A stretch of DNA of 64,000 nucleotides from Bacillota bacterium (lineage in GTDB: Bacteria; Bacillota; Clostridia; Oscillospirales; Acutalibacteraceae): assembly GCA_023412845.1 (NCBI GenBank), contig JAEZRH010000172.1:7051-71050 (forward strand). The letters run 5' to 3'. Each line of letters begins with the position of its first letter. The stretch's first letter is position 1. Made by a program: the position numbers and the translations under genes. Positions 18,081 to 28,377 of the stretch are shown one piece after another. Below the pieces are notes generated by a model. That model saw nothing but the letters and a program-made list of their open reading frames with translations. It was not told where the DNA came from and made no database searches.

Positions 18081-18671
18081 CTAGTTCGCAACCTGAACCA
18101 TTGCGTGGCGCACGACCCTGTCGCCGATCCTGTATCCCTTCTGAAAGACCTTTGCCACCGTGTTTTCCCCGGCTTTCTCGTCTTCCACATGGGAAACCGC
18201 GCTGTGCAGGGCGGGGTCGAACGGCTCTCCCTCCTTGCCCATCTCCTCGACGCCGAGCTTTTTCAGCGCGTCCTGCATCTGCTTTTCGACCATCTCGATG
18301 CCCTTGCGCAGGTCCTCGACAGAACAGTCCTTCTGTTCCAGCGCGCGCCCTAGGTTGTCGGCCACCGGGAGGAACTCTTTCACGGCGTCCGCCGTGGAAT
18401 CCTGATAAACGCTCTGCTTTTCGCGCGAAGTGCGCTTGCGGTAATTATCGTATTCGGCCGCCGTGCGCAGCAGAATGTCTTTCTGCTTTGCAAGCTGTTC
18501 CTCCGCCTCCCCGAGCTTTCTCTGCGTTTCCGCAAGCTCTTTTTCCGACAAAGCCGCTTTCTCCGCAGCCGGATCCGTTTCCGGTATCTTTTTCCCGTCC
18601 GCCTGCCCGGCGGGCGGAACGGGCTGCGCCTGCGTCTTTCCCGATTGTTTCACGCTGTCGTTCTTCTGCAT
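18081..18671 (-). CDS. grpE: nucleotide exchange factor GrpE
   Basis: LRTAAEYDNYRKR, LPVADNL, FDPALH and FQKGY...VRHAMV motifs. Confidence 0.96.
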   Translation of the reverse strand: MQKNDSVKQSGKTQAQPVPPAGQADGKKIPETDPAAEKAALSEKELAETQRKLGEAEEQLAKQKDILLRTAAEYDNYRKRTSREKQSVYQDSTADAVKEFLPVADNLGRALEQKDCSVEDLRKGIEMVEKQMQDALKKLGVEEMGKEGEPFDPALHSAVSHVEDEKAGENTVAKVFQKGYRIGDRVVRHAMVQVAN

Positions 18672-18691
18672 TTCCGGGACCTGCCCCTTTC

Positions 18692-19723
18692 TTAATCCAT
18701 ATCCATCAGTTCGGTCAGCATTCTGCCGACCGAATCGGAAAGGTATTCCATATTCGTAATGATCCTGCTGTAATTCATGCGCGTGGGACCGATAATCGCG
18801 ATGGCCCCGGCGTCCCTTCCCCCTACAAAATAGCGGGAGACGATCACGCTGGATTCCTGCAGCTCGGGGCGGCGCGTCTCGCCGCCGATGAAGACCTGCA
18901 GCCCGCTGTCAAGCCTTGCGAGAAGCCTTGTAAGGTCCGACGGGCTCGACAGGAAATCGATGATCCGCCTCAGCTCGCCCTGCCCGAATTCCGGGTAGAA
19001 CAGAAGGTTCACCTCGCCGTTCAGGCACACCCCCGCGCGCATGGATTCCTGCGCCGCGTCGGCCACGGCCATCAGCGCCGAGCTCATCATCATGGCCATT
19101 TCGCCAAGGGACGCCGCCAGCGTCTGCATGTGCGCCGGCGTGACGGATGCCACGGGCGTGCCCGCAAGCTTTTCGTTCAGCAGGCGGAAAAACACGCGCA
19201 GGATCTCCGGCGTCAAATCGAAATCGCAGTGGAAGACCCGGCTTTTCATGGTACCCGCCGAGGTCATGAGGATCGCCATGGCCGTGCGCCTGCTGGTCTG
19301 CACGAGCTGGACCGCCCGGATGAAACCGGCCTCGCCGCTCGGCGTTGTGGAAACCGCCGCGTACCTCGTCATGGAAGCAAGCACCCGTGCGACCCCGTCG
19401 AGGAGCTTTTCCGGGTCGTACGCGGAGGGGAGAATCAGACTGTCGAGATACCGCTTTTCTTCCCCCGAGATGGGCTGACGCTTCATCAGTGTGTCGATAT
19501 ACACGCGGTAGCCTTTCTGCGACGGCACGCGCCCCGCCGAAGTGTGCGGCTGTTCCAGCAGCCCCAGTTCGCTCAGGTCGCTCATCTCGTTGCGCACAGT
19601 CGCCGAAGACACCTGGAAATCAAGGTTTTCACAGAGCGATTTTGAGCCCACAGGTTCGCCCGTGGCGATGTACTGCTCGACCACGGCCGCAAGGATCTTC
19701 TGTTTTCTCTCGCTCAGTTCCAA
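18692..19723 (-). CDS. hrcA: heat-inducible transcription repressor HrcA
   Basis: YIATGEPVGS, SSATVRNEM, QPHTSAGRVPS and IIGPTRMNY motifs. Confidence 0.96.
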   Translation of the reverse strand: MELSERKQKILAAVVEQYIATGEPVGSKSLCENLDFQVSSATVRNEMSDLSELGLLEQPHTSAGRVPSQKGYRVYIDTLMKRQPISGEEKRYLDSLILPSAYDPEKLLDGVARVLASMTRYAAVSTTPSGEAGFIRAVQLVQTSRRTAMAILMTSAGTMKSRVFHCDFDLTPEILRVFFRLLNEKLAGTPVASVTPAHMQTLAASLGEMAMMMSSALMAVADAAQESMRAGVCLNGEVNLLFYPEFGQGELRRIIDFLSSPSDLTRLLARLDSGLQVFIGGETRRPELQESSVIVSRYFVGGRDAGAIAIIGPTRMNYSRIITNMEYLSDSVGRMLTELMDMD

Positions 19724-19750
19724 ACCTTTTCCCTTCTATCCGTTTTGGAT

Positions 19751-19777
19751 TTAGCACTCTAATGTCATGAGTGCTAA
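19751..19777. promoter_or_regulatory. CIRCE element (HrcA operator)
   Basis: perfect TTAGCACTC-N9-GAGTGCTAA; sigmaA promoter TTGACA-17-TAATCT on - at 19789-19817. Confidence 0.97.
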
Positions 19778-20059
19778 TCCTGTTTATAAGATTATCATTA
19801 CTTTGCCCAATTGTCAATATCTTAATTGTAAACTAATTATGAAAACGCGGGCAGACTCAGCCTGCGCACAGGCCCCGCCGTCCAGCCCGGCCAAAAACAA
19901 AAGTCCGTCTCGGCGGGAGCGTCAAAGACAACTCCCGAAAAGCAAATTCCACACCCACAGCCGGCCGGGACCGCGTGCAAGCGAAGCGGGTTCATCCGCA
20001 TGGGGCCCCGGTCCCGCGTAAGCGGTACGCGATTTTGACCTGCTGCCGGCAAAGGACGG

Positions 20060-21205
20060 TTATTCGGCAAATAAAATCTCCGCCGTCAGATCGTCGGAAA
20101 CCAGAAAACCTTCCGGCGTAAAACGGAACCCATCCTCCATGCAGGCAGTCAGCCCACGTGCTTCATAGAGCCGCGCAGCTTTTTTGATCCGCCCCGGGAC
20201 CGGGTACCCGAACCGCTCCCGGCAGGCTCCGTCCGTGAGGCCCTCCGCAAGGCGCATTTTCAGCATGGCGAATTCCTCGAATCCGCCGCCCGGCCCGTCG
20301 GAGACGGCGCTTTCTCCGCGCAGAAAGGCGGCCACGCCGCGCTCCTGGTGGAATCTTTCGCCGTTTAAAAAAGAATGCGCAGACGGGCCGACGCCCAGAT
20401 ATTCTTCGCAGTTCCAATATTTCAGATTATGCCGGCTTTCGTATCCCGGCCTTGCGAAATTTGAGATTTCGTACTGGATAAATCCACGCTTTTGCAGCCC
20501 CTCGCAGGCCGAAAGATAAAGGGCCGCGGCGGCGTCCTCGTCCGGAAGGCGCAGCGCGGCCCTGTTCTTCCAGTAAGCCGTGCCGGGCTCCAACTGAAGC
20601 AGGTAGGCGGAAACATGCTGCACGCCCAGCTCCGCGCAGAAATCCATCGAGCGGCAAAGGCTTGCCTGCGTCTGGCCCTGCACGGCCAGCATCAGGTCCA
20701 GTGAAATATTGTCAAAGCCCGCGTCCTGCGCGTCCCGCACGGCGCGCGCGGCGTCGGCCGCCGTGTGCCTGCGCCCGAGAAGGCGCAGTTCTTCTTCGTC
20801 GGCCGACTGCAGGCCGATGGAGGCACGGTTCGCGCCCGCCTTTTTCAGCTCGCGGAAGAAATCTTTCAGATCGCCGCCGGGATTCGCTTCCACCGTAATC
20901 TCGGCGTTCCGCAGGCCGAAGCTGTCCTGTGCAGCCCGGATCAGCCGCGAAAGGCGTTCCGCCCCGAGCAGGCTGGGCGTGCCGCCGCCGAAATACAGTG
21001 TGCCCGCCTCGCGCCCGAGCTTCGCGCCCATGTCCGTTATTGTCTCCTTCACGCGGCGCGTGTATTCGTCCATCATGGCCGGTGTGCCGCGCAGAGAGTA
21101 AAAATCGCAGTACGGGCATTTTCCGTCGCAGAACGGCACGTGAATGTAAAGCCCGATGGGCTGGCATACGGTGCCGTCCGCTCCCGCGGCAGACGTGCAG
21201 GCCAA
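20060..21205 (-). CDS. hemW: radical SAM heme chaperone HemW (HemN-like)
   Basis: GLYIHVPFCDGKCPYCDF, YFGGGTPS, YEISNFA and HNLKYW motifs; lepA-hemW-hrcA synteny; start codon uncertain. Confidence 0.9.
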   Translation of the reverse strand: MACTSAAGADGTVCQPIGLYIHVPFCDGKCPYCDFYSLRGTPAMMDEYTRRVKETITDMGAKLGREAGTLYFGGGTPSLLGAERLSRLIRAAQDSFGLRNAEITVEANPGGDLKDFFRELKKAGANRASIGLQSADEEELRLLGRRHTAADAARAVRDAQDAGFDNISLDLMLAVQGQTQASLCRSMDFCAELGVQHVSAYLLQLEPGTAYWKNRAALRLPDEDAAAALYLSACEGLQKRGFIQYEISNFARPGYESRHNLKYWNCEEYLGVGPSAHSFLNGERFHQERGVAAFLRGESAVSDGPGGGFEEFAMLKMRLAEGLTDGACRERFGYPVPGRIKKAARLYEARGLTACMEDGFRFTPEGFLVSDDLTAEILFAE

Positions 21206-21260
21206 AAGACAAAACCTTAGTTTGCCTTTCTGATCCGGTCCGGGCCGCGGCGATACGCCG

Positions 21261-23069
21261 CTATTCATCGAGTTTCAGAACGCTCATGAACGCCTCCTGC
21301 GGCACCTCCACCGTACCGAGCTGGCGCATGCGCTTCTTGCCCTCCTTCTGCTTTTCCAGCAGCTTTTTCTTGCGCGAGATGTCGCCGCCGTAGCATTTGG
21401 CGAGGACGTCCTTGCGCAGGGCCTTCACGGTCTCGCGGGCGATGATGCGTCCGCCCACGCAGGCCTGGATAGGCACCTCGAACAGCTGGCGGGGGATTTT
21501 GTCCCTGAGCTTTTCTACCATCTTGCGGGCGCGCGCGTAGGCCTTCTCCGAATGAATAATAAAGGAAAGCGCGTCGACGGTCTCTCCGTTGAGCATGATG
21601 TCCAGCTTTACAAGGTCGCTCTTCTTGTATCCGGAAAGCTCGTAGTCAAACGACGCGTAGCCGCGCGTGTGGCTTTTGAGCGCGTCGAAGAAGTCATAGA
21701 CGATCTCGTTGAGCGGCAGCTCGTAGTGCACGTCGACGCGGTCGGCGTCAAGATAATCCATATTGAGGAACGTACCGCGCCGCTCCTGGCACAGGTCCAT
21801 GATGTTGCCGACGAAATCCTTCGGCGTGTAGATATGCGCGTCCGCCATCGGCTCGTCCGCCTCGGCGATCAGCGACGGGTCGGGGTAATTGGTCGGGTTG
21901 TCGATCTCGGCCGTCGTACCGTCCGTCTTCTTGATGCGGTACACGACGCTCGGCGCCGTCGTGATGAGGTCGAGCGCGTATTCGCGCTCGAGGCGTTCCT
22001 GCACGATCTCCATGTGCAGAAGGCCCAGAAAGCCGCAGCGGAAGCCGAACCCCAGCGCCGCCGAGGTCTCCGGCTCAAAGGAGAGAGCCGCGTCGTTGAG
22101 CTGCAGCTTTTCGAGCGCGTCGCGCAGGTCGGGGTATTTCGCCCCGTCCGATGGATACAGGCCGCAGAAGACCATCGGCTGCGCCGGCCGGTAGCCGGGC
22201 AGCGGCTCTTTGGCCGGGTTCGACGCGAGCGTGACGGTGTCGCCCACGCGGGCCTCACGCACCTCTTTGATGGAGGCGGAGATGACGCCGACCTCGCCCG
22301 CCTTCAGGCAGTCGGAGGATTCGAATCGCGTGGCTCGCATGTAGCCGCACTCCACCACGGTGAATTCGCCGCCCGCGGACATCATTCGGATCACGTCGCC
22401 CGGCTTCACCGTACCGTCCATAATGCGCACGTGCGCGACTGCGCCCTTATACGCGTCGTAGTAGGAATCGAAGATCAGCGCGCGCAGCGGGGCGTTCTCG
22501 TCGCCCTTCGGCGGCGGCACGTTCTTCACGATCTGCTCCATTACCTCGCCGATGTTCGTCCCCATTTTGGCGGAGATGCACGGCGCCTCGTCCGCCGGGA
22601 TGCCGATCACGTCCTCAATCTCTTTCCGAACCTTTTCCGGCTGGGCGCTCGGCAGGTCGATCTTGTTGATGACGGGCACGATCTCAAGGCCGGCGTCTAC
22701 AGCTAAATAAGTATTGGCGAGCGTCTGCGCCTCGATGCCCTGCGAAGCGTCGACGACGAGCACCGCTCCCTCGCAGGCGGCGAGCGAACGCGAAACCTCG
22801 TAGTTGAAGTCGACGTGGCCCGGCGTGTCGATCAGGTTGAACACGTAGTCCTGACCGTCTTTCGCGTGGTACAGCAGCGTGACGGCGTGCGCCTTGATGG
22901 TGATGCCGCGCTCGCGCTCGAGGTCCATATCGTCGAGGATCTGGTCCTCCATGTCGCGCAGGGGGACGGAATCGGTCTGCTCGAGGATGCGGTCCGCCAG
23001 CGTGCTCTTGCCGTGGTCGATGTGCGCAACAATACAGAAATTGCGGATATTTTCACGTGGGACTGCCAA
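21261..23069 (-). CDS. lepA: elongation factor 4
   Basis: [33 protein letters not shown] and [10 protein letters not shown] motifs. Confidence 0.98.
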   Translation of the reverse strand: MAVPRENIRNFCIVAHIDHGKSTLADRILEQTDSVPLRDMEDQILDDMDLERERGITIKAHAVTLLYHAKDGQDYVFNLIDTPGHVDFNYEVSRSLAACEGAVLVVDASQGIEAQTLANTYLAVDAGLEIVPVINKIDLPSAQPEKVRKEIEDVIGIPADEAPCISAKMGTNIGEVMEQIVKNVPPPKGDENAPLRALIFDSYYDAYKGAVAHVRIMDGTVKPGDVIRMMSAGGEFTVVECGYMRATRFESSDCLKAGEVGVISASIKEVREARVGDTVTLASNPAKEPLPGYRPAQPMVFCGLYPSDGAKYPDLRDALEKLQLNDAALSFEPETSAALGFGFRCGFLGLLHMEIVQERLEREYALDLITTAPSVVYRIKKTDGTTAEIDNPTNYPDPSLIAEADEPMADAHIYTPKDFVGNIMDLCQERRGTFLNMDYLDADRVDVHYELPLNEIVYDFFDALKSHTRGYASFDYELSGYKKSDLVKLDIMLNGETVDALSFIIHSEKAYARARKMVEKLRDKIPRQLFEVPIQACVGGRIIARETVKALRKDVLAKCYGGDISRKKKLLEKQKEGKKRMRQLGTVEVPQEAFMSVLKLDE

Positions 23070-23293
23070 AATTCCACCTGCTTTCCTAAATAAACAGGGA
23101 AAGGCGGCCCGTCTTTCCCTGTGGTCTGGCTATGAAGTTTTTAGTTCGGCGTGCCGTTCTGCCCGGCGCACAAGCCAAGTCCGCCCTTGCGGGAGCGTGC
23201 TGAGATGCTCCTTTTCCTGAGGGAGCAGTTTCTTGCCAAAGCCGCGTAACGCCGTTTCTTTCGGCCTGACCTTTGCTTTTCGCAAAGAAAAGG

Positions 23294-23989
23294 TCAGTAC
23301 CGGTTCAGGTCGTGGTAGTAGCGGTCGTTCAGAAGATGCTTTCCGGAGCCGTGCTTCTGCCTGCGGTACCGCTTGCGCCCCGGTCCGCGCGGCGGACGCC
23401 GGTTGCTGAGCACCACGATCAGCACCACGAGCACGCCGAGCGCGATGCAGGCCCAGGCAAGAAGGCCCTGCACGTTCATCTTGTGCGTCTGTTCGGGATT
23501 CGTGATCGCCGAACTGAGGGGATCGTTTTCCGCCACGCTGCCCACTCCCGGGAGGGAAATGCTGTTTTCCGCCGCGGAGCTTTCCCCAGAAAAAACATCG
23601 GAAGAGGCCGCGCTCGTGATGTCGGAAGAAACGGGAGCGATGGAGGAAGATCTTCTGCGCACCGATTTTGAGGAAACCGGAGAAGAAGACGCGGGTTTGG
23701 AAGAGCTTGACGCCGCAGCCTGAGAAGAAGAGACGGGGTTCGCCTGCGTCGGCTGGCCCTGATCAGGCTGTCCCGCGGAAGAAGCGCCGCCGGCCTGCGA
23801 GCCGCCGCCCGCGCTGCCCGAGGCAGTCTGGCTGTCCGCACCCGTCTGCTGGCCGGAGCCGTTCTGCCCGGCAGCCGTCTGGGTCGCCGGCTGCCCGCCG
23901 CTCGTCGCGAACGCGTCGATCTCCAGGGCGCAGCTCAGCACGGTCAGCACAAGGAAAAACACGCACAGCAAATTTTTCCGCCGGTTCAT
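23294..23989 (-). CDS. hypothetical exported, membrane-anchored protein with low-complexity S/G/Q/A region
   Basis: N-terminal signal peptide, C-terminal TM followed by basic tail; RBS GGAGG; promoter TTGCAT-16-TATAAT at 24034-24061. Confidence 0.75.
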   Translation of the reverse strand: MNRRKNLLCVFFLVLTVLSCALEIDAFATSGGQPATQTAAGQNGSGQQTGADSQTASGSAGGGSQAGGASSAGQPDQGQPTQANPVSSSQAAASSSSKPASSSPVSSKSVRRRSSSIAPVSSDITSAASSDVFSGESSAAENSISLPGVGSVAENDPLSSAITNPEQTHKMNVQGLLAWACIALGVLVVLIVVLSNRRPPRGPGRKRYRRQKHGSGKHLLNDRYYHDLNRY

Positions 23990-24234
23990 GGCAAGTCCTC
24001 CGTTATCCATTCGGTGGGCAATAATTTAGAATAATTATAGCATATTTCGCTGTTAATGCAAGTTATGTCCAGATTTTTGCCGGTCAGTCGGAAAAAAAAG
24101 GTTTTTCCGTCGTCAAAGCCGATCCGCCTCGACTGGAAGTCCACTTCCATGAACCCGAGGACCAGGGCGATAGCGCAAAGCGTACTCAGAAAAGACGCTA
24201 AAAAGATTCTCAGGTTCGGGTGTTTTTTCTTCAT
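23986..24234 (-). CDS. hypothetical small membrane protein
   Basis: RBS AGAAGG; basic N-terminus plus one TM helix; follows spoIIP. Confidence 0.55.
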   Translation of the reverse strand: MKKKHPNLRIFLASFLSTLCAIALVLGFMEVDFQSRRIGFDDGKTFFFRLTGKNLDITCINSEICYNYSKLLPTEWITEDLP

Positions 24235-24259
24235 CCTTCTTTTTCCTTTTCCCCTCGGC

Positions 24260-25339
24260 TTATGTTAATTCCCCGAGGACCTGCGCCAGTACCTTTCCCA
24301 GAAGTTCGCCAGTATACTCGGCCTCGTCGAGCGTGTTCACGTCCGTGCCGATCTCGATCAGCAGCGAGCCTTTTGTGAGGTCCTGGTTATACTTGCGCGC
24401 GGTGAAGTCCAGCGGCCGCGCAAGGCTGGGGTAAGTGTCGCTCAGCGCCTTCTGGAACCGCAGCGCGAGGCGCAGGTTATATTCCCAGTTGGGGTATTTC
24501 AGGGTACCGTCGTCGTCGCATCCGCTGATGATCATGAGCTGCGCCGCCTTTTTGCCGTCGATGACCGTCGTCGTCTTAAGCGCCGTGCCGTCGTCGCGGT
24601 GCATGGCGTCGCGGTGGATGTCCAGCGTGACCTGGATCCCCGGGTATTTTTTCAGGTCGTTCTGCATGGTGACGCGGGACCGGTCGTAGGAGCCGTCGTA
24701 GGCCGGGTAGTCGTGATACGTCGTGTCGTGCACCACGCCGATGCCCGCGGCCGTAAGCTGCTCGGCGATCCTGTCGCCTACGGCGCAGACGCTCTGCGTC
24801 TTATCCGTCGAGCGGGTCACCCCCGCGTAGGCTTCCGTCGTGTGCGTGTGGTAGATGAGCACCTGAGGCCCGGCGTTCTTCTTTGTTTTCACCGCGGGTA
24901 CTTTCTGCAGCTCCTGATTGAGATCGATCGCGGCGTATTTGGACGTGCTGTTCTTGACCCACATATCGCCGACCTGCGTACCGCTGTTGCCCACGCACAT
25001 CTCAAGCACATTGCCGGAGGCGGCGGACTGCGCGCCCGACGAAGAGCCCGCCTGTCCGGAGGACGCGCTTCCGGAGGCGGTCCCCGAAGAAGACCCGGAA
25101 GGCGAAGAGGCCGCGTTCTGGCCCGGAGGATTGCTCTGCGCCTGCGACGACACGGAGCCGTCGTCCTCCTCCTCGCTGAAAAAGCCGTCGGCGTTCCCCG
25201 CGGGCAGGATGAACCCCGCCGCCGCCACCGCCGCTTTCTGCCCCGCGCCCGCCGGCAGCCGCAGCGCGACGCAGGTCACGCCGACGGCCGCAAGCAGCGC
25301 CCAGAGCATTCCCGCCGCTTTGCGCGTCCCGTTCTTCAT
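24260..25339 (-). CDS. spoIIP: stage II sporulation protein P
   Basis: LIYHTHTTEAY, SY.RSR, LDIHRDA, YNQDL and LLIEIG motifs; downstream of gpr. Confidence 0.93.
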   Translation of the reverse strand: MKNGTRKAAGMLWALLAAVGVTCVALRLPAGAGQKAAVAAAGFILPAGNADGFFSEEEDDGSVSSQAQSNPPGQNAASSPSGSSSGTASGSASSGQAGSSSGAQSAASGNVLEMCVGNSGTQVGDMWVKNSTSKYAAIDLNQELQKVPAVKTKKNAGPQVLIYHTHTTEAYAGVTRSTDKTQSVCAVGDRIAEQLTAAGIGVVHDTTYHDYPAYDGSYDRSRVTMQNDLKKYPGIQVTLDIHRDAMHRDDGTALKTTTVIDGKKAAQLMIISGCDDDGTLKYPNWEYNLRLALRFQKALSDTYPSLARPLDFTARKYNQDLTKGSLLIEIGTDVNTLDEAEYTGELLGKVLAQVLGELT

Positions 25340-25419
25340 AGATTACGTCCTCCGCCTTAATAATGTTAAGGATACAATGTACCCTTAATCCTATGACGAA
25401 AGGCGTCATTTCATGACCG

Positions 25420-26232
25420 CTACGTGAGCTGATCGAATTCTTCCACGCTGAGCGACGGGTTCAGCGCGCAGTTGATGCCCATGCCGAGCAGCCGGGAGCC
25501 GCGGCTGATAATCAGGTCGATCTCGCGCGGGGTCACCATCATGGGTTCGCCGCGGGGGGCGACCTTCTCCTCCGGGCAGTCGCCGCCGGTCAGGTCGCCC
25601 GCGAGCGTCACCGCGTCCACCACGGTCGGGATGCCCATGCTCACGACGGGCACGCCGAGCGTGCTTTCGTCGATGCGCGGACGGTTGTTGCCCACGCCGG
25701 CCCCCGGAGAAATCCCCCCGGAGCCGATCTGCACCGTGCAGCCGAGGCGGGAAGGGCTGCGCGCGGCCAGTGCGTCCACCGCGATGACGGCGGCGGGCTT
25801 GATCTCCGCCACAATGGCCTTCAGCACCTCGAACGCCTCCATCCCCGTGCATCCCAGCACGCCGGGGCTGACGACGGCGACCGGCCGCAGGCCCTCGAGG
25901 CCCGTCACGCGCGCCAGCTCCCCCTTGATGTACCGCGTCGCCAGCACTTTTTCGGAGGTCAGCGGGCCGAGGGCGTCCGGCGTAACGGCCCGGTTTCCCA
26001 GGCCCGCCGCGAGCACCGGGCCCTCCTTCGGCAGAAGCTCCTGCAGTTCCTGCGCGATCAGGTCGAGAAGCGAACGGTTCGCGTCGATATTGTCCGAAAT
26101 GGCCCGCACCTCCATGGTGACGTACGTTTTGCCGCCGTCACGGATGCGGGTCACCGTGCAGCCGTCTTTTTCGATGCGCTGCTGCTGCGCCGGTTTCGTG
26201 TTTTCCAGTGCGAGGTCCGTGCGGAAAGTCAT
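25420..26232 (-). CDS. gpr: germination protease GPR
   Basis: RTDLALE, GLGNRAVTPDALGP, AVDALAAR, GIPTVVDA and MVTPREID motifs; ATG at 26232. Confidence 0.93.
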   Translation of the reverse strand: MTFRTDLALENTKPAQQQRIEKDGCTVTRIRDGGKTYVTMEVRAISDNIDANRSLLDLIAQELQELLPKEGPVLAAGLGNRAVTPDALGPLTSEKVLATRYIKGELARVTGLEGLRPVAVVSPGVLGCTGMEAFEVLKAIVAEIKPAAVIAVDALAARSPSRLGCTVQIGSGGISPGAGVGNNRPRIDESTLGVPVVSMGIPTVVDAVTLAGDLTGGDCPEEKVAPRGEPMMVTPREIDLIISRGSRLLGMGINCALNPSLSVEEFDQLT

Positions 26233-26337
26233 GGGGATCACCCTTTCTCGCCGCTGCCGCGGCTTCCAAGATTTTTCTTGCATTTTTTCGGGCATAATGG
26301 TATTATAAACTATAAGACTGCCGAAGGAGGTGGAACC

Positions 26338-26601
26338 ATGCCAAACATCAAATCGGCGAAAAAGCGCGTGAGGATCATCGCCGTCAAAAGCGGAATCAAC
26401 AAGAATGCATCGACGGAGCTGAAAACGGAGATCAAGAAGGCGAACGCCGCGATCGAATCCAACGACGCAAACAAGGCCGAAGCCGTAAAGAGCGCCGTGA
26501 AACGGATCGACCAGGCCGCCGCGAGCGGGCTGATCCACAAGAACAACGCGGCACACAAGAAGTCGTCCCTCGTCCGCAAGCTCAATTCCGCAAATGCCTG
26601 A
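26338..26601 (+). CDS. rpsT: 30S ribosomal protein S20
   Basis: MPNIKSAKKRV...IHKNNAAHKKS; RBS AAGGAGG; promoter TTGCAT-17-TATTAT at 26278-26306; terminator-like hairpin at 26622-26650. Confidence 0.96.
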   Translation: MPNIKSAKKRVRIIAVKSGINKNASTELKTEIKKANAAIESNDANKAEAVKSAVKRIDQAAASGLIHKNNAAHKKSSLVRKLNSANA

Positions 26602-26676
26602 CAACAGCAAGCAGGTAAATCAAAAGCAGAGCAGCCGCCCTGCTTTTTTTGCTATACGGTAAATTCGGGGCGGTGA

Positions 26677-26705
26677 TTGACTTTTGCCGCGGAATTGGTT
26701 ATCAT
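26677..26705 (+). promoter_or_regulatory. sigmaA promoter of the 50-aa small protein
   Basis: TTGACT-17bp-TATCAT. Confidence 0.65.
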
Positions 26706-26755
26706 TAAAGTCACGATAGCAGGATACGGATCAGTAGAAAACGGGGGTGTCCGAA

Positions 26756-26908
26756 TTGAAAAGTTCCGGAAAACTGTCTGTATGGGTCGCCGTTCTTTCC
26801 ACCGTTGCCGCGGTCATTTCCGTTGCCGTGGCGGTGACGCTGTTCTTTGAGAAGAAAAGAAAAGACGAAGAGGACCTGGAGCATTACCTCGACTGTTCCA
26901 TCCAGTAA
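26756..26908 (+). CDS. unannotated 50-aa single-pass membrane protein: MKSSGKLSVWVAVLSTVAAVISVAVAVTLFFEKKRKDEEDLEHYLDCSIQ
   Basis: TTG start after GGGGGTG, own promoter and downstream terminator, clear TM helix with charged tail. Confidence 0.75.
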   Translation: MKSSGKLSVWVAVLSTVAAVISVAVAVTLFFEKKRKDEEDLEHYLDCSIQ

Positions 26909-26977
26909 CCGGCAAAACGGTGCAGAGGCATCTGTTTCCCGGGCCGGATCTCGCGGCGGCAATGCGCAGAAGATGAC

Positions 26978-27016
26978 ACGGGCAGGCGCCTTTCAGCCTG
27001 CCCGTTTTGTTTTTTT
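26978..27016 (+). terminator. intrinsic terminator
   Basis: ACGGGCAGGC / GCCTGCCCGT stem followed by TTTGTTTTTT. Confidence 0.8.
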
Positions 27017-27164
27017 CCTGCGCCGGTTCGCAAAGCCGTGCCGCCAGCTGTATTTTACCCCCTGCCAGAAAAGCGTGAGCAGGTAGCTGCCGCTCAGGAT
27101 GCGGAAAATCTTCCACGCAATGCCGGCGTAGCGGTACCCGGCGCGCGCATAGCGGTAAACGGGG

Positions 27165-27524
27165 CTAACTCTTATCGCCCGGTTTTGAAAACAAAGCGGC
27201 CAGGTAGCCGAAAAACACCGCCGCCGCGATTCCGGCGGCCCCCGCCGTCACCCCGCCGGAAAAGGCGCCCAGCAGCCCTTTTTCCCGCACGGCTTCCAGC
27301 GTGCCTTTCGCCATAAGATACCCGAAGCCCGTCAGCGGCACGGTGGCGCCGCACCCCGCAAAATCCACCAGGGGCTGGTATACTCCGACCGCCCCGAGCA
27401 GGACGCCCAGCGTGACGAATGTAACGAGGATTCTCGCGGGCGTCATTTTCGTAAAGTCTATCAGCAACTGGCCCACCACGCAGATGGCCCCGCCGACAAG
27501 AAATGACCAGAGGTATTGCACCAT
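27165..27524 (-). CDS. spoVAE: stage V sporulation protein AE (SpoVAEb/SpoVAC family)
   Basis: FLVGGAICVVGQLLID.T..TPARILV and FAGCGATVPLTGFG motifs. Confidence 0.9.
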   Translation of the reverse strand: MVQYLWSFLVGGAICVVGQLLIDFTKMTPARILVTFVTLGVLLGAVGVYQPLVDFAGCGATVPLTGFGYLMAKGTLEAVREKGLLGAFSGGVTAGAAGIAAAVFFGYLAALFSKPGDKS

Positions 27525-27585
27525 TTACCACCTCGGGCTTAGTTTCGCCCCCCGCCGCATTTCTATACCTCTAAAAGGAGAAAAA

Positions 27586-28377
27586 ATGAACCCGAAAACC
27601 ATCTTTTTCGATATTGACGGAACGCTGCTCGGCACAAGGGACGGGCGTAAATTTCAGATCCCCGAAAGCACGATGACCGCCCTGCGCCTGCTGAAACAGA
27701 ACGGCCACCGCATCGCGGTCTGTTCGGGCCGTCAGCAGATCTTCATCGAGCGGTATTTCCCCGGCCTGTTCCAAAGCTTCATCGCCATGAACGGCACGCA
27801 TATCGTCTTCGAGGGGAAAACTGTGTTCGACCGCCCCTTTACGCTGGAGGAAGTGTACCGTTATTTCCACCGGTTCAATTTTTTCGGGTGCCGCTACGTT
27901 TTCGTCGGCAAGCAAAAGGGTTGGGCGCACAACATTCGCGAATGGGGTCAGGAGGGCATCGAGCGCATGTACGGCCTTTCGGACTTCGTCGTCACCGAAT
28001 GGAAGCCGGAGGACGTGCACGCGAACGTGATGGATTTCATTTTCCCCACGCCGGAGGAATTTAAGCGCTGCTCCCAGGCCTTCAGCGGCGGGATGCGGCT
28101 CAATTTCCACCCGGGCGGGCAGACCGCGGACCTTTCCCTCGAGGACTCGGACAAGGCGAAAGGCATCGCGCGGTTCCTGCAATACTCCGGCATCAGAAAA
28201 GAAGACACCGTCGCGTTCGGCGACGGCGGCAACGACGTGACGATGATGGGAGCGGTCGGCGTAGGCGTGGCCATGGGCAATGCCGTGGACGAGGTCAAGC
28301 GGGCGGCCGGCTACGTGACCGCCGACATTTTCGACGACGGTATTTACAAAGGCCTGAAACATCTTGGGCTGATCTAG
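27586..28377 (+). CDS. Cof-type HAD-IIB hydrolase
   Basis: FFDIDGTL, CSGR, KAKGI, AFGDGGNDVTM and VAMGNA motifs; RBS AAGGAG. Confidence 0.92.
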   Translation: MNPKTIFFDIDGTLLGTRDGRKFQIPESTMTALRLLKQNGHRIAVCSGRQQIFIERYFPGLFQSFIAMNGTHIVFEGKTVFDRPFTLEEVYRYFHRFNFFGCRYVFVGKQKGWAHNIREWGQEGIERMYGLSDFVVTEWKPEDVHANVMDFIFPTPEEFKRCSQAFSGGMRLNFHPGGQTADLSLEDSDKAKGIARFLQYSGIRKEDTVAFGDGGNDVTMMGAVGVGVAMGNAVDEVKRAAGYVTADIFDDGIYKGLKHLGLI

